Notes: generated from the letters alone by a model not told the origin. A stretch of 48,294 bases of DNA from Bacteroidales bacterium (GCA_025454775.1 JALONU010000012.1:1-48294), one strand, 5' to 3'; shown: positions 34,713-46,293, numbered from the stretch's first letter. A program made the numbers and translations.

Positions 34713-35612
34713 TCAAAGCAGGTTTTCAACAGCACTGATAAAGCCGGCAGGATCGCTCGTTGTTATGATTTTTTCAGGCGCTTTCTTTTCCTTTTCGTCG
34801 GGGAAGTCACTTAGGATTATTTTCTTGATCATCAGTGATTTTCCGATGTTTGCAAAGTAACTGATCCTTTTTTTCGCAAAGTCGAAACCGCTGGAATTGA
34901 CCACCAGGTATTCGAACGACTTGATCTTAAAGATCTCGATAACCTCCGATGCAGGCAGTATCCCTCCGGTGTAAATCACGTCGAACCCCCGTTTCCTGAG
35001 TACGTATTTGTAGAAAAGGAAATTATTGTCGCTCAGGCTGTCGGACGTATTGATCATTGCTACGACAGGCTTTGCTTTCTGGCTTCCTGTTTTCAGGAGG
35101 CTTTCCTCGATGATTATCAGCTGCCTGATAGTGTTCCTGATGAACTGTTCCTGGGCCCTGGAAAGGCTCCCGGTCTGCCACAGTATCCTCGATTTTTGAA
35201 GGAGGGGATGCAGGTACCGGCAATAGGCGTCCTCGATACCGCTCCTCCTTATGAAGGGCGTGAGGGAGTCCCTGAAAAGATCTTCGTTGAACCTTATGGC
35301 ATTCATCAGTATCTTTCCCGGCTGGAAATCGTTGTCAGGATTATCGTTGCTTCCCGACACAGCCATTACCTTCTGGGTAAGCTCATCTTCATCGAGCTTT
35401 GCTATCTTTGATATTTTCAGTCCGTTCCGGTTCAGGTATGCGACATTAAGGATCTTTTTAAGCTCTGTCTCACTATAGGTCCTGATATTGGAATCAGTCC
35501 TTTCAGGCACCAGGATCCTGTATCTCTTTTCCCATATCCTTATGGTATGAGCCTTAATCCCGGAGAAATTCTCAAGGTCCCTTATAGAGAAAACATTCAT
35601 TCCTTCTTCCAT
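34713..35612 (-). CDS. MerR-family transcriptional regulator with C-terminal B12-binding-like (CarH/LitR-type) domain lacking the canonical His residues
   Basis: 299 aa. MerR HTH FSIRDLENFSGIKAHTIRIWEKRY. The helical-bundle segment has W-x9-EQ instead of W-x9-EH. The Rossmann-like part reads VVAMINTSDSLSDNNF where E/DxHxxG is expected. The start may be the ATG at 35600 (MNVF...). Confidence 0.7.
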   Translation of the reverse strand: MEEGMNVFSIRDLENFSGIKAHTIRIWEKRYRILVPERTDSNIRTYSETELKKILNVAYLNRNGLKISKIAKLDEDELTQKVMAVSGSNDNPDNDFQPGKILMNAIRFNEDLFRDSLTPFIRRSGIEDAYCRYLHPLLQKSRILWQTGSLSRAQEQFIRNTIRQLIIIEESLLKTGSQKAKPVVAMINTSDSLSDNNFLFYKYVLRKRGFDVIYTGGILPASEVIEIFKIKSFEYLVVNSSGFDFAKKRISYFANIGKSLMIKKIILSDFPDEKEKKAPEKIITTSDPAGFISAVENLL

Positions 35613-35765
35613 GGCTGGTGGTATCAGTTAAAAGTTAGTAAATATTCCCTGATAATTAAACAAACGGTGAGCGCTAATGTTTCTGATCAGCGCAACACTG
35701 TTGAATTTAATATATCTGACTTGCGGAAAATTCCCCCGAAAATCCGCTTCAGTGCCGAAAAATCC

Positions 35766-36137
35766 TCATTCGGCCTGTTCAATCATTATCTTTTTCACAA
35801 TCCTGGCCCCGTCTTCCAGGCTGATCGTCACAAGGTACATGCCCCTCTTTGGATTGTCGAGGATGATCCTGACAATCTTTTCAGGGTTATTGTATTTTAC
35901 CTTGAAGATGTCCTGACCTATGATATTTGTAACCTTCAGGGCTGAGATTGGCTTGTCGCTGTTAATGTTGAAGAAATTCTCCCTTACCGGAACGGGATAT
36001 ATCCTCAGGCTTGCCGTAGAGGCTTCCGCCAGAGTACCTTTCCCTGCAGTTCCGGGGGCAAAGCTAACGGTATCCTTCTGAGCCTTAAGGCCCAGGCATA
36101 AAATTATAAACAGAATAAAGAGCAGGCTCTTCTTCAT
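35766..36137 (-). CDS. Small secreted protein with T9SS type-A C-terminal sorting domain
   Basis: Signal peptide MKKSLLFILFIILCLGLKAQ from the ATG at 36137 (the track ORF starts 21 nt earlier). The C-terminal ~80 aa (LRIYPVPVRENFFNIN...GMYLVTISLEDGARIVKKIMIE) fits the Por secretion tail pattern. Confidence 0.75.
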   Translation of the reverse strand: MKKSLLFILFIILCLGLKAQKDTVSFAPGTAGKGTLAEASTASLRIYPVPVRENFFNINSDKPISALKVTNIIGQDIFKVKYNNPEKIVRIILDNPKRGMYLVTISLEDGARIVKKIMIEQAE

Positions 36138-36191
36138 ATTTATACCGTTTAACATCACTCTATCAAAAATTGTGCTAAAGTTATAAAAAAT

Positions 36192-36965
36192 TTAAACATT
36201 TTCATCAAGATGCCTGAGTGCGCGCTCCAGGTCTTCCGGAGTATCGATGCTGATGCTTTCATGTCCGGTAACGGCGGTTCTTATCTTTATGCCGTTTTCA
36301 ATCCACCTGTTCTGCTCAAGCGATTCGGCCGACTCAAGCATGCTTCTCTTCATCGCCGTTATCTGCCTGAGAACCTCAGTGGTGTAGGCGTAAAGCCCCA
36401 GGTGTTTGTAGTACACATGCTCATGTGACCATCTCGATGCATCCGTACCCCTGAGATAGGGTATGGCAGCCCTGCTGAAATAAATTGCATTGCCCGAAAA
36501 ATCAACGACTACCTTAACATGGTTCGGATTAAAGATATCTTCTCCCGGTTCTGTTTTCCTTACAAGTGTTGCTATCTGAACCGAGCTGTCGGTGAAGCAG
36601 GATTTCAGAAGCTCAATCTGTTCCGGGTTGATGAAGGGTTCATCACCCTGGATATTCAGGACAATGTCGATGTTCCTGCCGGTTTCTGCTGTAATTATCG
36701 CGGCAGCCTCCGCACACCGGTCGGTGCCGCTGAAATGATCTGCCGATGTCATTACCGCTTTTCCCCCGAAGCTGTTTACTGCTTTCATTATTCTCCCGTC
36801 GTCGGTGGCGACATAAACAAGTTCCGCAGCCATGGACGCTTGTTCATAAACCCTTTGTATCATTGTTTTGCTGCCGATTTTCACCAGGGGCTTCCCGGGA
36901 AACCTGGTGGAAGCATATCGTGCCGGAATAATGACCGCAAACCGATTTCCTGATTGATCTTCCAT
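36192..36965 (-). CDS. kdsB: 3-deoxy-manno-octulosonate cytidylyltransferase (CMP-KDO synthetase)
   Basis: 257 aa. Motifs AVIIPARYASTRFPGKPL, NIQGDEPFI, and the conserved C-terminal half. Confidence 0.9.
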   Translation of the reverse strand: MEDQSGNRFAVIIPARYASTRFPGKPLVKIGSKTMIQRVYEQASMAAELVYVATDDGRIMKAVNSFGGKAVMTSADHFSGTDRCAEAAAIITAETGRNIDIVLNIQGDEPFINPEQIELLKSCFTDSSVQIATLVRKTEPGEDIFNPNHVKVVVDFSGNAIYFSRAAIPYLRGTDASRWSHEHVYYKHLGLYAYTTEVLRQITAMKRSMLESAESLEQNRWIENGIKIRTAVTGHESISIDTPEDLERALRHLDENV

Positions 36966-37012
36966 CCCGCGAAATTACGAAAAATGGATTTCCCGGGATT
37001 TCAAAAATATCT

Positions 37013-37020
37013 TAAATTTG
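37013..37020 (+). promoter_or_regulatory. -7 promoter box (TAAATTTG) for the sigma-54 activator/lptE block
   Basis: Matches TAnnTTTG, 19 nt upstream of the ATG at 37040. Confidence 0.5.
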
Positions 37021-37039
37021 CACATTCCGTGAAAAGAGC

Positions 37040-38278
37040 ATGAAAGATCTGCAAAGCATAAAGCAACGATTTGGAATTATAGGTAATTACGAAGGCCTGA
37101 ACAGGGCTATCGACATAGCCGTTCAGGTGGCCCCCACGGACCTTTCAGTTCTCATAAGCGGCGAAAGCGGAACCGGTAAGGAAGTCTTCCCCCAGGTAAT
37201 CCATGCACACAGCTCACGTAAACACGGACCCTACATAGCCGTTAACTGCGGTGCCATACCCGAGGGAACAATTGACTCAGAGCTATTTGGGCATGAAAAA
37301 GGCTCATTCACCGGAGCAACGGATAGCAGGAAAGGTTATTTTGAAGTCGCCGACGGCGGGACGATATTTCTCGATGAGGTGGCAGAACTTCCCCTGTCGA
37401 CGCAGGTAAGGCTTCTGAGGGTGCTTGAGACCGGTGAATTCATCAGGGTCGGATCATCAAAGGTCCAGAAGACGAATGTAAGAGTGATCGCAGCAAGCAA
37501 TGTGGATGTAGCTGCGGCAATAGACCACGGAAGATTCAGGGAAGATCTGTTTTACAGGCTTAACACTGTCCCGATACGGATACCCTCCCTCAGCGAGAGG
37601 GGAGAAGATATAATCCTTCTTTTCAGGAAATTCGCTGCCGATTTTGCCGAAAAATACAGGATGCCTTCGATAAGGCTCGACGACGAGGCAAGGATCATGC
37701 TTCTGAACTACTCGTGGCCAGGGAACGTCCGGCAACTCAAGAATATTACCGAACAGATATCAATCATTGAAAACGAAAGGGAAATTAAAGCAGCAACACT
37801 CAAGGCTTACCTGCCCGACTATGACGGTGTGAAGCTTCCTGCGGTAATTAAGAGAGACGACGACAAGACTTTTTCATCCGAGAGGGAAATACTTTACAAG
37901 ATCCTCTTCGACATGAAGAACGATATGAATGATCTCAAGAAGCTTGTATATGACCTGATCAGGAATGAAGATGCTTCGGCGCTTAGTGAATCCGACACGA
38001 GAGTCATCAGGAACCTTTTCAGGGATAAGGTCGAAGTGCAGGGTAACAAGCCTTCGGAAAGCCCGAAGGTGGATTTTTCTATCAGCAAGGACAGGGAAGA
38101 CATCATAGATACAGAGGAAATCGTTGAGGAATCGCTTTCCCTTGCCGGAAAAGAAGCTGAAATGATCCGCAAGGCACTCGAAAAGTACAGTGGAAAAAGA
38201 AAGCTTGCCGCTCATGAACTGGGGATCTCGGAACGAACGTTATACAGGAAAATCAAGGAATATGGAATTGAAATGTAG
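37040..38278 (+). CDS. Sigma-54-dependent transcriptional activator (AAA+ domain plus Fis-type HTH, no N-terminal sensory domain)
   Basis: 412 aa. The AAA+ domain starts at about residue 10. Walker A GESGTGKE, GAFTGA-variant GSFTGA, and Walker B GTIFLDEV. C-terminal HTH AAHELGISERTLYRKIKEYG. Confidence 0.88.
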   Translation: MKDLQSIKQRFGIIGNYEGLNRAIDIAVQVAPTDLSVLISGESGTGKEVFPQVIHAHSSRKHGPYIAVNCGAIPEGTIDSELFGHEKGSFTGATDSRKGYFEVADGGTIFLDEVAELPLSTQVRLLRVLETGEFIRVGSSKVQKTNVRVIAASNVDVAAAIDHGRFREDLFYRLNTVPIRIPSLSERGEDIILLFRKFAADFAEKYRMPSIRLDDEARIMLLNYSWPGNVRQLKNITEQISIIENEREIKAATLKAYLPDYDGVKLPAVIKRDDDKTFSSEREILYKILFDMKNDMNDLKKLVYDLIRNEDASALSESDTRVIRNLFRDKVEVQGNKPSESPKVDFSISKDREDIIDTEEIVEESLSLAGKEAEMIRKALEKYSGKRKLAAHELGISERTLYRKIKEYGIEM

Positions 38279-38801
38279 AACCCGGTCAATCTTCAGGACA
38301 AAAACCCTGGCCCTTGCCGCTATGGCTGCAATGATGATCGTTCTGCATTCCTGCAAGATAAGCTATTCCTTTACGGGCGCTTCGACAGACGGACTCCGGA
38401 CCGTGAGCATACAAACCTTCCAGAACAGGGCGAGTCTTGTGCAGCCCGGGCTGAGCCGCACCCTAACCGATGCTCTTATTGATAAATGCAAGGCTCAGAC
38501 GAACCTGAGCACGGTGACGGGTCTGGGTGATGCCAATTTCGAAGGAGAAATAACCGATTACAACACCAGGCCACTTACCGTGGGTGCTGATGCCCAGGCG
38601 GCAACAAACAGGTTCACAATTACCATCAAGGTGAAATTCACCAATTCGGCCAAACCCGATAACAGTTTTGAACAGTCCTTTTCGCGGTATGAAGACTATC
38701 CCGCATCAAGGGAACTGAGCCAGGTTGAGGCGGAGCTTACAGACAAGATCGTTGAACTTCTGGTAGAGGATATTTTTAACAAGGCATTCGTTAACTGGTG
38801 A
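38262..38801 (+). CDS. lptE: LPS-assembly lipoprotein LptE family protein
   Basis: The track ORF starts at 38190, well inside the activator gene. I prefer the ATG at 38262, which overlaps the activator by 17 nt, or a later Met. The signal peptide ends ...MMIVLHSC, followed by KISYSFTGAS...TVSIQTFQNRA, typical of Bacteroidota LptE. Confidence 0.7.
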   Translation: MELKCRTRSIFRTKTLALAAMAAMMIVLHSCKISYSFTGASTDGLRTVSIQTFQNRASLVQPGLSRTLTDALIDKCKAQTNLSTVTGLGDANFEGEITDYNTRPLTVGADAQAATNRFTITIKVKFTNSAKPDNSFEQSFSRYEDYPASRELSQVEAELTDKIVELLVEDIFNKAFVNW

Positions 38802-38806
38802 TCATC

Positions 38807-39694
38807 ATGAACAGGAACGATTTTCTGAGGATGATGGAAAATGCCGGTCCGGCTGACAGGTCTGCCGTTAGCGAGGTGAACGAGCTTATAAACATTTTTC
38901 CCTGGTTCCAGAGTGCATATCTGCTTTTTCTCAAGGGACTAAAGAACACCGACGATGTGAAATTTGAAAGCCAGCTCCGTTCAATGGCCATGCGTATTGC
39001 CGACAGGGAGATCCTCTACTGGCTCCTTAAACGGGATAAGCTTCCGGAAACAGTTGAAGAAGCACCTGCGGCACCTGTTACGGTTACAGAAGCAGTAAAA
39101 GTCGAAAGCCAGCAGACAGTTATCGAATCGGCGAGGAACAGCAACGACCTGATAAATGAAATTGAAAAGGAATCGGGCCCCTTGTCTTCCGAAGACAGTG
39201 ACACCGATCACAGGGTGATGATCTCCGAAGATCTTGTTGATCAGTATTCCGATGCATCCATTATTATCATAGACGAGGACTCGGGTGAGATTGAAGAAAA
39301 AATCACCTATCTCGATCCGGGATTTTCTTTTCCTGAACAGTCGGATCTTCTTGAACTTGACAACGAAGATTACAAACCCGAACAAACAGAACCTGCCACG
39401 GAAACAGGCTATCAGCGCAGAATTCAGTCAGATCTTATAGATAAGTTCATTACTGCAAACCCCAGGATAGAGCCGAAGAGGGAAAAATCCGATATCCCGG
39501 TGGTCGATATGGCTGCCCGGTTTGTCGAAGAGGGAGAAGGTTTTGTTACGGAAACCCTCGCCAAAATATATGTAAGGCAGGGCTATTATTCACGTGCTCT
39601 CGATATTTATGAGAAGCTTAGCTTGAAATTTCCGGAAAAAAGCAGTTACTTTGCATCGCAAATTGAAAAAGTGAAGGAATTACTAAAAAAGTAA
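38807..39694 (+). CDS. Hypothetical acidic protein with TPR-like C-terminus
   Basis: About 295 aa from the ATG at 38807; an alternative GTG at 38798 overlaps the lptE stop. The central region is Asp/Glu-rich and low-complexity. The C-terminus LAKIYVRQGYYSRALDIYEKLSLKFPEKSSYFA is TPR-like. It lies between lptE and secG. Confidence 0.6.
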   Translation: MNRNDFLRMMENAGPADRSAVSEVNELINIFPWFQSAYLLFLKGLKNTDDVKFESQLRSMAMRIADREILYWLLKRDKLPETVEEAPAAPVTVTEAVKVESQQTVIESARNSNDLINEIEKESGPLSSEDSDTDHRVMISEDLVDQYSDASIIIIDEDSGEIEEKITYLDPGFSFPEQSDLLELDNEDYKPEQTEPATETGYQRRIQSDLIDKFITANPRIEPKREKSDIPVVDMAARFVEEGEGFVTETLAKIYVRQGYYSRALDIYEKLSLKFPEKSSYFASQIEKVKELLKK

Positions 39695-39698
39695 GAAG

Positions 39699-40058
39699 AT
39701 GGGTATATATATTTTCGTATCGGTCCTGGTTCTGATAGCATGCGTATTCCAGATATTGATAGTCCTGGTTCAGAACTCCAAGGGAGGCGGTCTTGCTGCC
39801 AACTTTACTTCTGCCGGTCAGACTATGGGTATCAGGAAGACTGCCGATTTCCTTGAGAAGGCGACCTGGACCCTCGCAGCCTCGATACTGGTTCTCAGCC
39901 TCGTGGCAACTGCCACCATCCCCGGGAAAACAAGGGAAGCCAATCTCCGCACCAGCATCGACGCAGCAGTGGACGCAAGCCAGATCCCGACTCTTCCGAC
40001 TGCAGTGCCTCCGGCATCACCAACAACCTCAACAGAAGGAGAACAGGACAATAATTGA
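39699..40058 (+). CDS. secG: Preprotein translocase subunit SecG
   Basis: 119 aa. TM1 followed by LVQNSKGGGLAANF, then a second TM and a Pro/Thr/Ala-rich tail. Confidence 0.85.
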   Translation: MGIYIFVSVLVLIACVFQILIVLVQNSKGGGLAANFTSAGQTMGIRKTADFLEKATWTLAASILVLSLVATATIPGKTREANLRTSIDAAVDASQIPTLPTAVPPASPTTSTEGEQDNN

Positions 40059-40078
40059 ACCTGATCAGCATACTTCAT

Positions 40079-40114
40079 AAAGTGTCAGTTTGTCATAGAC
40101 TGACACTTTTTTTG
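40079..40114 (+). terminator. Rho-independent terminator after secG
   Basis: Perfect 11-bp stem AAAGTGTCAGT (40079-40089) / ACTGACACTTT (40099-40109) with a 9-nt loop, running into a T tract (to ~40113). Confidence 0.8.
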
Positions 40115-40202
40115 TTTAAAAATGTCATGTTTTGTGCTTTGGCATAAAATGTGTTAAACCAACATGTCGAAAATCGATTTTTAACTTTAAAACTAGATAA
40201 CT

Positions 40203-40481
40203 ATGGCACAATTGAAAGGAAAAATTCTGGCAGGAAAGGTTCTTGTAAAACCGTTCGAGGCTGAAGCTAAAACTGCCAGCGGTATCATCATTCCTGATTC
40301 CGCAAAGGAAAAACCCCGTCAGGGTAAAGTCGTTCTCGTAGGCGCTGCGAAAAAAGATGAGGAAATGGAAGTCAAGAAAGGCGATGAGGTTCTCTACGGA
40401 AAATATTCCGGACAGGAACTTACGATCGACGGTGAAGACTACCTTCTTATTTCTCAGTCAGATATCCTTTTTATAGCTTGA
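40203..40481 (+). CDS. groES: Co-chaperonin GroES
   Basis: 92 aa. Motifs VLVKP...[21 protein letters not shown] and [10 protein letters not shown]. Confidence 0.95.
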   Translation: MAQLKGKILAGKVLVKPFEAEAKTASGIIIPDSAKEKPRQGKVVLVGAAKKDEEMEVKKGDEVLYGKYSGQELTIDGEDYLLISQSDILFIA

Positions 40482-40496
40482 ATAAGAAACCAATAA

Positions 40497-42143
<1,647 letters not shown>

Positions 42144-42165
42144 TTCTTCCCAAACATATATTTTC

Positions 42166-42200
42166 GTAAGGGCGTTGCGTGCAACGCCCTTACATTTTTT
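42166..42200 (+). terminator. Rho-independent terminator after groEL
   Basis: GTAAGGGCGTT(GC) ... (GC)AACGCCCTTAC forms a GC-rich 11-13-bp stem (42166-42193), followed by A-TTTTTT (42195-42200). Confidence 0.85.
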
Positions 42201-42207
42201 ATATTTG
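42200..42207 (+). promoter_or_regulatory. -7 promoter box (TATATTTG) for lepA
   Basis: Matches TAnnTTTG. It abuts the groEL terminator T tract and lies 25 nt upstream of the ATG at 42233. Confidence 0.5.
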
Positions 42208-42232
42208 CACCTGATTTTTACCCGGATCGCTG

Positions 42233-44020
42233 ATGAACAACATCCGTAACTTCTGCATCATAGCCCATATCGACCATGGAAAGAGCACCCTGGCAGACCG
42301 TCTCCTTGAGAAGACAAAAACGATCTCGGAACGGGAATACCAGGACCAGGTCCTCGATAATATGGACCTGGAAAGGGAAAGGGGCATAACCATAAAAAGC
42401 CATGCGATCCAGATGGAGTACCTGCATAACGGACAGAAGTACTTCCTTAACCTTATCGACACTCCGGGCCATGTGGATTTTTCATACGAAGTATCCAGGT
42501 CGATTGCAGCATGCGAAGGAGCTCTCCTGGTAATAGATGCAACCCAGGGCATCCAGGCCCAGACAATAGCCAACCTCTATAAAGCCCTAGATCACAATCT
42601 CGAGATCATCCCTGTCCTGAACAAGATGGACATGGCCAATGCCATGCCCGAAGAAGTAAAAGACCAGATTGTTGACCTTGTGGGATGCAAGAGGGAAGAT
42701 ATCATCGAAACAAGTGCCAGGACAGGCATGGGCGTTGATGAGATACTAATGGCGATCGTAGAGAAGGTACCCCCGCCCCAGGGAGATCCGGAAGCTCCGC
42801 TCCAGGCTCTTATTTTCGATTCAATATTCAACTCCTTCAGGGGGATAATAGCCTACTTCAGGATCATAAACGGTACAATACGCCGTGGTGAAAGGGTTCA
42901 GTTCTTCAGTACCGGCCATGAGTACAACGCCGAGGAAATAGGAGTCCTTAAACTAAAACAGGAACCAAAAGAGTACCTTGAAGCAGGGAATGTGGGATAT
43001 ATAATTTCGGGCGTGAAAATTTCAGCCGAGGTGAAGGTGGGGGATACGATAACACATGTGAAAAACCCCTGCGACAAGGCTATCGAAGGCTTCGAGGATG
43101 TAAAGCCAATGGTTTTTGCCGGGATGTATCCTGTCGACGCCGACGAGTATGAGGACCTCAGGAGCTCGATAGAAAAGCTTAAGCTTAACGATGCCTCCCT
43201 GTCATTCCAGCCGGAATCATCGGCAGCCCTCGGTTTTGGTTTCCGCTGCGGATTCCTGGGCCTCCTTCACATGGAGATAATACAGGAAAGACTCGACAGG
43301 GAATTCAACATGGATGTAATCACCACCGTGCCCAACGTTTCTTTCAGGGTTTTCACAACAAGGGGTGAACAGATCGATGTTCATAATCCCTCCGGGCTTC
43401 CGCCGGTCACAAATATCGATCGTATTGAAGAGCCGTATATAATTGCACAGGTAATCACCCTGGCCGAATACGTCGGGGCTATTATGAATCTCTGCATCGA
43501 CAAGCGCGGCACCCTGAAAAACCAGGTTTACCTGACACGCGACAGGGTGGAGCTTACATTTGAAATGCCTCTGTCGGAGATTGTCTTCGATTTCTACGAC
43601 AAGCTGAAAAGCATCTCGAAGGGCTATGCATCTTTTGACTATTATTATACGGCATATCAGAACGCCGATCTGGTGAGGCTCGACATACTTCTTAACGGCG
43701 AGATGGTCGATGCTCTTTCAACACTCATCTACAGGGGGCATGCATACGACTTCGGAAGAAAAATGTGTGTCAAGCTGAAGGAACTTATCCCGCGCCAGCA
43801 ATTCGACATTGCTATTCAGGCAGCCATTGGCGCAAAGATCATAGCCAGGGAGACTGTCAAGGCTGTCAGGAAGGATGTGACTGCAAAATGCTATGGCGGC
43901 GATATTACCAGGAAGAGAAAGCTTCTCGAGAAGCAGAAGAAGGGTAAGAAGAGAATGCGGCAGATCGGCAATGTGGAAGTCCCGCAGCAGGCTTTCCTGG
44001 CCGTCCTGAAGCTCGACTGA
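42233..44020 (+). CDS. lepA: Translation elongation factor 4 (LepA)
   Basis: 595 aa. Motifs [34 protein letters not shown], and the LepA-specific C-terminal domain ([22 protein letters not shown]). Confidence 0.97.
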   Translation: MNNIRNFCIIAHIDHGKSTLADRLLEKTKTISEREYQDQVLDNMDLERERGITIKSHAIQMEYLHNGQKYFLNLIDTPGHVDFSYEVSRSIAACEGALLVIDATQGIQAQTIANLYKALDHNLEIIPVLNKMDMANAMPEEVKDQIVDLVGCKREDIIETSARTGMGVDEILMAIVEKVPPPQGDPEAPLQALIFDSIFNSFRGIIAYFRIINGTIRRGERVQFFSTGHEYNAEEIGVLKLKQEPKEYLEAGNVGYIISGVKISAEVKVGDTITHVKNPCDKAIEGFEDVKPMVFAGMYPVDADEYEDLRSSIEKLKLNDASLSFQPESSAALGFGFRCGFLGLLHMEIIQERLDREFNMDVITTVPNVSFRVFTTRGEQIDVHNPSGLPPVTNIDRIEEPYIIAQVITLAEYVGAIMNLCIDKRGTLKNQVYLTRDRVELTFEMPLSEIVFDFYDKLKSISKGYASFDYYYTAYQNADLVRLDILLNGEMVDALSTLIYRGHAYDFGRKMCVKLKELIPRQQFDIAIQAAIGAKIIARETVKAVRKDVTAKCYGGDITRKRKLLEKQKKGKKRMRQIGNVEVPQQAFLAVLKLD

Positions 44021-44035
44021 AAGGAATCTTTTGTC

Positions 44036-44722
44036 TCAGCAAAGCAGCTTGTAGCCTCTGCCGTGGACATTGAGTATTTTTACCGAAGGATCCTTCCTGA
44101 GGTATTTTCTCAGCCTTGTGATATATACATCCATGCTCCTGGCATTGAAATAATTATCGTCGATCCAGATCGATTTCAGGGCAAAATTACGCTCGAGGAT
44201 CTCGTTCCTGTGCCGGCACAGGAGTGCCAGGAGTTCTGATTCCTTGGTTGTAAGTTTCACATGTTCATCTCCCGATGAAAGCATCTGCTTGAGAGGATCG
44301 AAGGTATAGATGCCGAGCGTGTGTATCTGCTCATCCTTCCGGGCAGCAGGTCCTGAAGTTCGTTTCAGGATAGCCTGGATCCGGTAGAGAAGCTCCTCCA
44401 TCGAAAAGGGTTTTGTAATATAATCGTCCGCTCCCGTCCGGAATCCTGTAAGTACATCCTCCTTCTGGCTCTTTGCTGTCAGAAAGATCAAAGGTACGGA
44501 AGGACTTAACTTCCTGATCTCTTTTGCCAGGGTCAATCCGTCCATGCCAGGCATCATTATGTCGAGTATGCAAACCTCATAATCCTGCTTCGGGAATTCC
44601 TCCAGAGCCTGGTTTCCGTTGGGCATAAGCGTTGTCTGATAGCCTTTTGCGGAAAGGTAATTCTTTAGAAGCATGCCGAGGTTATTGTCGTCTTCAGCCA
44701 GTAGTACTTTAGTGACTTTCAT
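44036..44722 (-). CDS. Two-component response regulator, OmpR/PhoB winged-helix family
   Basis: 228 aa. Receiver domain (LLAEDD...DIMMPGMDG...LTAK) plus a winged-helix output domain (LTTKESELLALL...VYITRLRKYL...GRGYKL). Confidence 0.9.
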   Translation of the reverse strand: MKVTKVLLAEDDNNLGMLLKNYLSAKGYQTTLMPNGNQALEEFPKQDYEVCILDIMMPGMDGLTLAKEIRKLSPSVPLIFLTAKSQKEDVLTGFRTGADDYITKPFSMEELLYRIQAILKRTSGPAARKDEQIHTLGIYTFDPLKQMLSSGDEHVKLTTKESELLALLCRHRNEILERNFALKSIWIDDNYFNARSMDVYITRLRKYLRKDPSVKILNVHGRGYKLLC

Positions 44723-46278
44723 TTTTGGGACGTTTTTGGAATGAAAACAATAAATCTTGTGCCTTTGTTGAGCTGGCTTTCAGCCCTGATCCGGCCATTG
44801 TGCTCCTCTATGACCTTTTTTACATAACTAAGCCCGAGCCCGAAGCCTTTTACATCGTGTAGGTCCCCGGAATGAACCCTGTAAAACTTGTCATAGATCC
44901 TTTTAAGTTCATTTTTACTTATGCCGATGCCTTTATCTTCGATATTAATAATGATGCCTTTTTTAGCGTTGCGGGTAGAGATGGTTATTTCGGGGCTTTC
45001 CCTGGAATACTTGATCGCATTGTCGACAAGGTTCGACATAGCGTTAAGGAAGTGAACCTCGTCGACCATGACATCGGGATCAGCAGCCTGGAAGTCGGAA
45101 CGGATCAAGCCTCCTGCACTCCTGATCTGCAAGGCAAAATTATCGATGACCCCAGAAAGTATTGTGTGCACATCCATGCAGGATAAGTTAAGCTTCGCCC
45201 TGGTTTTTTCGAAGATAGCCATCTGGAGGACTTTCTCGACATGTGATTTCAGCCTCATGCTCTCATCGGAAATGACTTTCGCCAGGCTTTCGATGTTCTT
45301 GTTCTCTTCCGGTATCGATTTGTCGGCCATCATCTGGGAAGCCAGGGAGATAGTGGAGATTGGCGTTTTCAGCTCATGGGTCATGTTGTTCATGAAATCG
45401 TTGCGGATCTCCGAGATCTTCTTCTGCCTGAATATCACAATGAACGTTCCTGTTGCCAGGATGAGAAGGATCATGGTGAAAAGGATCGACAGGAAGCCCA
45501 GCGATCCTATTTTTTCGAATTTATACTGCTCTTCCTGCAGGAAATACACTACAAGCTGATTCTGACCCGGAAGCGGATCGTTCGGGAAAAGCTGTATTAT
45601 GAACTTGCTGGCACCGGGGCTGTCAGTGAATCCCGGTGTTTTCCAGATTACTCCCGACCTGCCGGAACGAATGGAAAATTCGAAACTAAGGGTAATGCCT
45701 GCATTATCGAGAGCTTTTCTTATCGATTTTCTCAGCTCCTCGGGTTTTATCCTCTCGTTGATACCGGGAGTTTCATTAAGTATTTTATCCATTATCTGTT
45801 CAAGGAAAACGATCTTGTTCGTAACTCTTTCCTTGAGTTCGGCTGTTATTGACTCAGCTGTTCTTTCCTGGGTTTCATCGGGGAGGGCGTAGGAAGACAT
45901 TTCCTCTTCCGAGATCACTATCCTCTGACCGGAACTGGTGATTGTTATCGGTTCTTCGCTTCCGCTGCGCCCGTACATATCAAGAATGCGTGAATTGGGC
46001 TGATAGCCCCTGAGCCTTTGTGCCAGCTGTGAATTTGCAGGAACGATGGCCGTTACCGAATCACCGGCAGAATCATCAATCTGTTCAAGGATCCTGCCTA
46101 TTAATTCCTGCTGTTCAAGTTCCAGGACAACCGCCTGAAGGGCTTTGTTGGCATCGGTCCTGAACTGCTGATCCGTCATGTCGATGGCATTCCTTATCCA
46201 GTACAGCTGGATGAGAACGATGCCAGTTATCGCCACAAAAAAAAATACGGCCAGTATGACGATGAATCTTTTATTCAT
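44719..46278 (-). CDS. Sensor histidine kinase (two TM, periplasmic domain, HisKA + HATPase_c)
   Basis: 519 aa. TM1 at the N-terminus and TM2 around LGFLSILFTMILLILATGTFIVIF. H-box MTHELKTPIS, N-box DNAIKYS, G-boxes IEDKGIGI and GFGLGL. ATGA overlap with the regulator gene. Confidence 0.9.
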   Translation of the reverse strand: MNKRFIVILAVFFFVAITGIVLIQLYWIRNAIDMTDQQFRTDANKALQAVVLELEQQELIGRILEQIDDSAGDSVTAIVPANSQLAQRLRGYQPNSRILDMYGRSGSEEPITITSSGQRIVISEEEMSSYALPDETQERTAESITAELKERVTNKIVFLEQIMDKILNETPGINERIKPEELRKSIRKALDNAGITLSFEFSIRSGRSGVIWKTPGFTDSPGASKFIIQLFPNDPLPGQNQLVVYFLQEEQYKFEKIGSLGFLSILFTMILLILATGTFIVIFRQKKISEIRNDFMNNMTHELKTPISTISLASQMMADKSIPEENKNIESLAKVISDESMRLKSHVEKVLQMAIFEKTRAKLNLSCMDVHTILSGVIDNFALQIRSAGGLIRSDFQAADPDVMVDEVHFLNAMSNLVDNAIKYSRESPEITISTRNAKKGIIINIEDKGIGISKNELKRIYDKFYRVHSGDLHDVKGFGLGLSYVKKVIEEHNGRIRAESQLNKGTRFIVFIPKTSQK

Positions 46279-46285
46279 TCCATGG

Positions 46286-46293
46286 CAAAAATA
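46286..46293 (-). promoter_or_regulatory. -7 promoter box (TATTTTTG on the minus strand) for the histidine-kinase/regulator operon
   Basis: Plus strand reads CAAAAATA. It lies only 7 nt upstream of the start at 46278, which would imply a near-leaderless transcript. Confidence 0.35.

Noticed and set aside
38190-38261. Early start for lptE inside the sigma-54 activator gene
   Set aside because: It would overlap the activator by 89 nt and place 24 hydrophilic residues before the signal peptide.
40115-40202. CIRCE/HrcA operator upstream of groES
   Set aside because: There is no match to TTAGCACTC-N9-GAGTGCTAA. Only the secG terminator hairpin and AT-rich sequence are present.
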